A stretch of DNA of 32,000 bases, taken from the NCBI RefSeq assembly GCF_003226535.1, contig NZ_QKOB01000006.1, positions 55,136 through 87,135 of the forward strand. The letters run 5' to 3'. Source of the DNA: Meiothermus sp. Pnk-1 (GTDB taxonomy: Bacteria > Deinococcota > Deinococci > Deinococcales > Thermaceae). Both the position numbers and the translations under genes were made by a program. The notes under the pieces were generated by a model. It did no database searches, was not told where the DNA came from, and worked only from the letters and a program-made list of their open reading frames with translations. Each line of letters begins with the position of its first letter. Within the stretch, counting starts at the first letter, position 1. Shown here piece by piece: positions 27,861 through 32,000 of the stretch.

Positions 27861-28679
27861 ATGCTGTCCATCCACTACGGCTTTCACCTCTCGATCGCGG
27901 GCAAGCAGGGCGTGGCCGGAGCCGTGAGCGAGGCTCGGCGGCTGGGGCTATCCGGCTTTCAAATCTTCGCCAAGAGCCCCCGCAGCTGGAAAACCCGCCA
28001 CCTGAGCCCCGGCGAGATCGAGCGTTTCCGCGCCGAGCGGGAGAACCTGGGACACCTCCCGGCGGCCATCCACGCTTCATACCTGGTCAACCTGGGGGCC
28101 GTGGGCGAGCTGGGGGAGAAAAGCGTCTTCAGCCTGGCCGACGACCTCAGCAAAGCGCAAATTCTGGGGATCGAGTGGGTGGTGGTACATCCGGGCTCGG
28201 GCCAGATCGAGCGCATCCGGGAAGGAGCGCTGCGGGCTTTGGAGCTGGCCCAAGTCGGCAAGCGCGGACCTGGGCTGCTGTTGGAAAACACCGCCGGGGG
28301 CGGGGAAAGGGTCGGCTCGAGGTTCGAGGATCTGGCCCGGCTCATCGAGGGGACCCCCTTGGGCGTCTGCTTCGATACCTGCCACGCCTTCACCGCGGGT
28401 TACCCCCTCCACCTCGAGCCCGAGCGGGTGATTGAGGGGCTTGACCAGGAAATCGGGCTTGAACGGGTCCCGCTCATCCACCTCAATGACTCGGTGGGGG
28501 CTTGGGGCAGCCATATCGACCAGCACGCCAATCTGCGCCAGGGCCGGATCGGAGAAGCGCTGCGGGAGGTGGTGCGCCACCCCCGGCTGCGGGGAAAGCT
28601 CTTCGTGATGGAAACCGAGCGCGGCGAAACCCACGACGCCCACAACCTGGCGACGCTGCGGGGATGGCTCGAGGAATGA
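27861..28679 (+). CDS. nfo: deoxyribonuclease IV (endonuclease IV)
   Basis: 272-aa AP endonuclease 2 family pattern (GFQIFAKSPRSW, VVHPGS, LLENTAG, CFDTCHAF, HLNDS). Confidence 0.88.
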   Translation: MLSIHYGFHLSIAGKQGVAGAVSEARRLGLSGFQIFAKSPRSWKTRHLSPGEIERFRAERENLGHLPAAIHASYLVNLGAVGELGEKSVFSLADDLSKAQILGIEWVVVHPGSGQIERIREGALRALELAQVGKRGPGLLLENTAGGGERVGSRFEDLARLIEGTPLGVCFDTCHAFTAGYPLHLEPERVIEGLDQEIGLERVPLIHLNDSVGAWGSHIDQHANLRQGRIGEALREVVRHPRLRGKLFVMETERGETHDAHNLATLRGWLEE

Positions 28680-28681
28680 CC

Positions 28682-29362
28682 CTACCGGCCTAGATTGAGG
28701 ATCAAATTCAAGAAGATCTCCTGCGCCGCGCCGATAACACGACCGATCGGCCCCCGCAGAACTGTCAGAAACAACACCAGGACCACCACGGCGTAGGTGG
28801 GGTTGGCCTCGAGCTGCCAGAAATATCGCTGCAAAGCGGCAGGTAGAACGCTCTGCAAGATCTTGGAGCCGTCCAAGGGCGGCACCGGCAGCAGGTTGAA
28901 CACCGCCAGGGCCAGGTTGATGGCGAAGGAGAAATAAGCCGCTAACGCCAGCAGCCCAAAGAAGTCCCGCTGCCCGCCGGCAAACGCCGCCCGCACCCCG
29001 GCTGGGTCGAGGTCCAAGAGAAAGCGCACCAAAAGGGCAAAGCCCAGCGCCAGCAGTACGTTGACGACGATCCCTGCGATGCTCACCACGAAAAGCCCCA
29101 ACCGGTAGCTGCGAAAGTTCGGCGGGTGGATGGGTACCGGTCGGGCCCAGCCCACCCCGGCCACCAGGAGCATGATCGTCCCGATAGGGTCGAGGTGCTG
29201 GAAGGGGTTGAGGGTGATGCGGCCTTGTGCTTGGGCGGTACGATCCCCCATCCATAGGGCCGCGACCGCGTGCCCTAGCTCGTGGAGCACCAGCGATGAG
29301 CTTAGGATCAGGAGGATCAGGAAAAAGAGGGCCGGATCCTGGCCCAAAAGCTGTAACAGCAC
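28682..29362 (-). CDS. M50-family site-2 protease (intact active site)
   Basis: HELGH at 29270-29284 and [11 protein letters not shown]. Polytopic. Confidence 0.85.
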   Translation of the reverse strand: MLLQLLGQDPALFFLILLILSSSLVLHELGHAVAALWMGDRTAQAQGRITLNPFQHLDPIGTIMLLVAGVGWARPVPIHPPNFRSYRLGLFVVSIAGIVVNVLLALGFALLVRFLLDLDPAGVRAAFAGGQRDFFGLLALAAYFSFAINLALAVFNLLPVPPLDGSKILQSVLPAALQRYFWQLEANPTYAVVVLVLFLTVLRGPIGRVIGAAQEIFLNLILNLGR

Positions 29363-29378
29363 CTCGGGTTCCTCCCGA

Positions 29379-30005
29379 CTAAAGCCCGATGGCCCGGTAG
29401 ATCGTCCCCAAAAGCCCCGAGAGGCCGTAGATGACCGCCGAGGTGACCCCGGCGAAGTTGAGCACCAAAAAGATCACCAAAAAGCCCAAAGGGCCGTAGC
29501 TCGCGAGCTGATCCATGAACCGCCGCGCCTGGGGGCTCCCCACCGCATAGACCACCCGCGCCCCATCCAGCGGAGGCACCGGGAAGAGAAAGATCGCCGC
29601 GTGCAGGAGCATTACCCCCATCGCCCGGCTCAGCCCCTCGGCAAAAGAGCCGGTGGCCCCCCCGCCGAGCAAGGCCGCCAGCAAGCCATAGATGAAGGCC
29701 ATCAAGAAGAACGCCAGCGGTCCCATCAGAGCCACCTGGGCCTCCTTGGCTCCGTAAAGCCGGAAAGGTACAGGGCGAGGAAAACCAAAGCCCAGCAGGA
29801 TCAGGAAGATGATCCCTAGCACATCCAGATGCACCCTGGGCTCGAGCGAGAGAAAGCCATAACGGGCTGGGCCATAGTCTTTGTAGCGGTTCGCCAACCA
29901 GGCCTGGGCCACGTTGTGCATGACCAACCCAAAAGCGCAAGCCGCAAAGGCCACTAAAAAAGCCAACGGGTCAGCGAGGAGGGAAAGGAGACCGATATTA
30001 AGCAT
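29379..30005 (-). CDS. M50-like paralog with a degenerate active site (HNVAQ in place of HExxH)
   Basis: Same architecture as the neighbour and it retains FPVPPLDG. The codons at 29904-29918 read CAC AAC GTG GCC CAG (HNVAQ). Confidence 0.75.
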   Translation of the reverse strand: MLNIGLLSLLADPLAFLVAFAACAFGLVMHNVAQAWLANRYKDYGPARYGFLSLEPRVHLDVLGIIFLILLGFGFPRPVPFRLYGAKEAQVALMGPLAFFLMAFIYGLLAALLGGGATGSFAEGLSRAMGVMLLHAAIFLFPVPPLDGARVVYAVGSPQARRFMDQLASYGPLGFLVIFLVLNFAGVTSAVIYGLSGLLGTIYRAIGL

Positions 30006-32000
30006 CGCTTACCAGTTTACGGGCAAACTCGAGTTCGTCTTCATAGCTCAACACCTCGCCGCGCGAACGGGCCTCAGCCACCTTGCGCAGCACCTCCCCA
30101 ATCTTCGGCCCGGGGGGCAGGCCCATCTCCAGCAAGTCCCGGCCCATCAGCATCCGCCGGGGAGCGAGGAGCCACAGGGCCCGCTCGGGGTGCAAGGCCC
30201 GGAAAGCCTCGGGGAGGCCCACGAACTTGCGGATATCGTCGGGGTCTTCCGGAGGGAAGCGCAGGTGGCGCAACCCCTCAGCATAGCGGCGCGGCAGGTT
30301 GAAGCGGGCCAGGAAATTCTCGGGGTCAGGGTGGAAGTAGAGCAGGAGGTAAAGCCGGGCCGCCACCGCAGCCTCGGGGTCGGGGGTAACTTGCAGGATG
30401 GGCTCGAGGGCCGCGAAAGCCTCTCGAACCTCGGGGCTCGCGCCCATCCCGAACATCGGCTCGGCCACCCCCAGTTCGGCCAGCAGGCCCAAGGCCCGGG
30501 TGGCGGAGGCCTCGCCCAAGGTCAGCAAGAGTTCGTCGCGCAGGCGGCTTTTGGAAGCCTGGGCGAGCACTTTAGCCTCGAGGGCTGAGGGAAGCTGGGC
30601 GAGGGCTTCGGGGGCCAAGCGAAGGCCCAGCCGAGCAGCCAGGCGAACCCCGCGCAGGATCCGGCTGGGATCCTCCACGAAGGAAAGCGGATGCAACGGG
30701 CGCAATAGGCGGGCCTCGAGGTCGGCCAGGCCGTCGAAGAGGTCTACGATCTCCAAGCTGGGGGCGAGCCGCAAGGCCATGGCGTTGACGGTGAAGTCAC
30801 GGCGCTCGAGGTCACGGGCGATGCTCGAAGGGCGCACCTGGGGCAGAGCGCCGGGGTGGGGGTAGTACTCCTCGCGGGCTTCAGCCAGGTCTACCGCAAG
30901 GCCAAACCCCAGTTTGGCCCGGGCGGTACCAAAGGCCAGGTGCAGCCCAAAACTGCCCCCAAACCAGCCCACCAGGCGGCGGGCCAGCTCTTCCAGGAGG
31001 TTGGGCCTGCCGCGGGGCTCGAGCACCAAGTCCAAGTCCGGGCCACTCATCCCCAACAAAGCATCCCGCACGGTGCCGCCTACCGCGTAGATACCTCCCT
31101 CGGGGTAGGCCTCCCGCAGGCGCTCGAGGACCTCTTGTACCCCTCTTGGCAGGCGTTCCCAGACCCGCTGGGCCAGGTCCTCCCGGGGGCCCGGACGGAG
31201 GGCGCGGTAAAGGTCGGTGCGGGTGAAGATGCCCTCGAGGCGGTACACGTCGTCCCCGAGCGGCTCGCCCACCAACACCCGCCCGGCCCCGCCCTTGAGG
31301 GCTTGCTCGGCCTCATGGAGGGGAGTCTGCGGGGGCAGGATCAGCGCGCGGGAAAGAACCCCCCGGACGGGGGCCCCAGCCAAACCGTGGTGCAGGGCCC
31401 GCTCCAGATCGCGGCGGCGGGCGATCCCGTGGATGCGGACCGTGCCGGGAAGGTCTCCCGCCGAGACCACCGGCATCCCGCCAAACCCGCGCAGGCGCAA
31501 CTCTTCCAACGCCTGGGCTACGGTGAGGCCTTCGGGCAAGACTGCCACCGGGCGGCTCATCCGCTCCCGCAGCGTAGGACCGGTGTCGAGGTGGGCCTCG
31601 AGGCGCTCCAGCAAAAGCCGCTCGGCGGGCTCGAGCGGCCCCGCCACCTTGGCAAAGGCCGCGCGGGCGTGGCCTCCCCCCCCCACCTCGGCCAGCCAAC
31701 CGCCCACGTCCAACCGCTCGCGGCTGCGGGCGATGAGGAGGGTTTCCCTGCCCAGCTCGAGCTCCATCAGTACCCCTCCGCTGTCGTAGAGGTCGAGCAA
31801 GGTATGGGCTAGGGGGGCCAGGGCGGGCACGTAGCCCTCCTCTTTGGCCGCCGCTATCAAAAGCCGAAAACCGTGCCGCTCTTCTACCCGGCTTTGGCGC
31901 AGCAGCTGGTTGAGGAGTTCGCGGGCCTCGGGGCCGTAGCGCTCGCGCACCCACTCCCGTACCCGTTCAGGCTCGCCTCCCCACCGTAACAGCTGGGCAG
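29998..32000 (-). CDS. DHHA1-CBS-poly(A) polymerase/tRNA nucleotidyltransferase-family fusion protein (5' end outside the window)
   Basis: GGGGHARAA (DHHA1-like), CBS-like segments, then IYAVGGTVRDALLG...DLDLV (nucleotidyltransferase head). The frame stays open upstream of 31950 to the window edge. Confidence 0.75.
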   Translation of the reverse strand, partial: AQLLRWGGEPERVREWVRERYGPEARELLNQLLRQSRVEERHGFRLLIAAAKEEGYVPALAPLAHTLLDLYDSGGVLMELELGRETLLIARSRERLDVGGWLAEVGGGGHARAAFAKVAGPLEPAERLLLERLEAHLDTGPTLRERMSRPVAVLPEGLTVAQALEELRLRGFGGMPVVSAGDLPGTVRIHGIARRRDLERALHHGLAGAPVRGVLSRALILPPQTPLHEAEQALKGGAGRVLVGEPLGDDVYRLEGIFTRTDLYRALRPGPREDLAQRVWERLPRGVQEVLERLREAYPEGGIYAVGGTVRDALLGMSGPDLDLVLEPRGRPNLLEELARRLVGWFGGSFGLHLAFGTARAKLGFGLAVDLAEAREEYYPHPGALPQVRPSSIARDLERRDFTVNAMALRLAPSLEIVDLFDGLADLEARLLRPLHPLSFVEDPSRILRGVRLAARLGLRLAPEALAQLPSALEAKVLAQASKSRLRDELLLTLGEASATRALGLLAELGVAEPMFGMGASPEVREAFAALEPILQVTPDPEAAVAARLYLLLYFHPDPENFLARFNLPRRYAEGLRHLRFPPEDPDDIRKFVGLPEAFRALHPERALWLLAPRRMLMGRDLLEMGLPPGPKIGEVLRKVAEARSRGEVLSYEDELEFARKLVSDA

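Overview
The window is high-GC chromosomal DNA. The gene content and the AsnRS, IleRS and PdxST sequences look Deinococcus-Thermus (Thermaceae)-like; that assignment is inference from memory, not a search. Most of the window is ordinary core genome:
- a class A beta-lactamase-like hydrolase;
- a NarL-type two-component pair;
- a kdp K+-ATPase operon with non-canonical order (kdpF-like, kdpB, small peptide, kdpA, kdpC) and a kinase-less kdpD;
- asnS, pdxST, a LysM/M23 peptidase, rho and fsa/tal;
- a T-box-controlled ileS;
- an M24 peptidase, an RlpA-like protein and nfo;
- two tandem M50 site-2-protease paralogs;
- a DHHA1-CBS-poly(A) polymerase-family protein.

The one clearly accessory segment is about 9.56-16.06 kb, which has visibly lower G+C. 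It is wedged between the kdpD stop and the asnS start. It holds an IS110-family DEDD recombinase gene followed by a complete Ff-style filamentous-phage (inovirus) module, all on the minus strand. The module runs Rep_trans-like rep, a gVp-sized protein, three 30-34 aa membrane peptides (absent from the ORF track), a 73-aa major coat protein, a pIII-like adsorption protein with thrombospondin type-3 repeats, a pVI-like protein and a Zot/pI ATPase.

The island is flanked by imperfect direct repeats that share a CATCCT core. A third copy of that core plus an 11-mer identical to the asnS-proximal host flank lie just upstream of the recombinase gene. This points to recombinase-mediated integration, either in tandem or as a composite unit.

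The rep gene is split by a perfect 11-bp tandem duplication sitting in the loop of a 9-bp hairpin. The Zot ATPase lacks its membrane anchor, which is instead encoded in an overlapping +1 frame.

No rRNA, tRNA or CRISPR array was seen. All homology statements come from motifs read by eye; no database search was possible.
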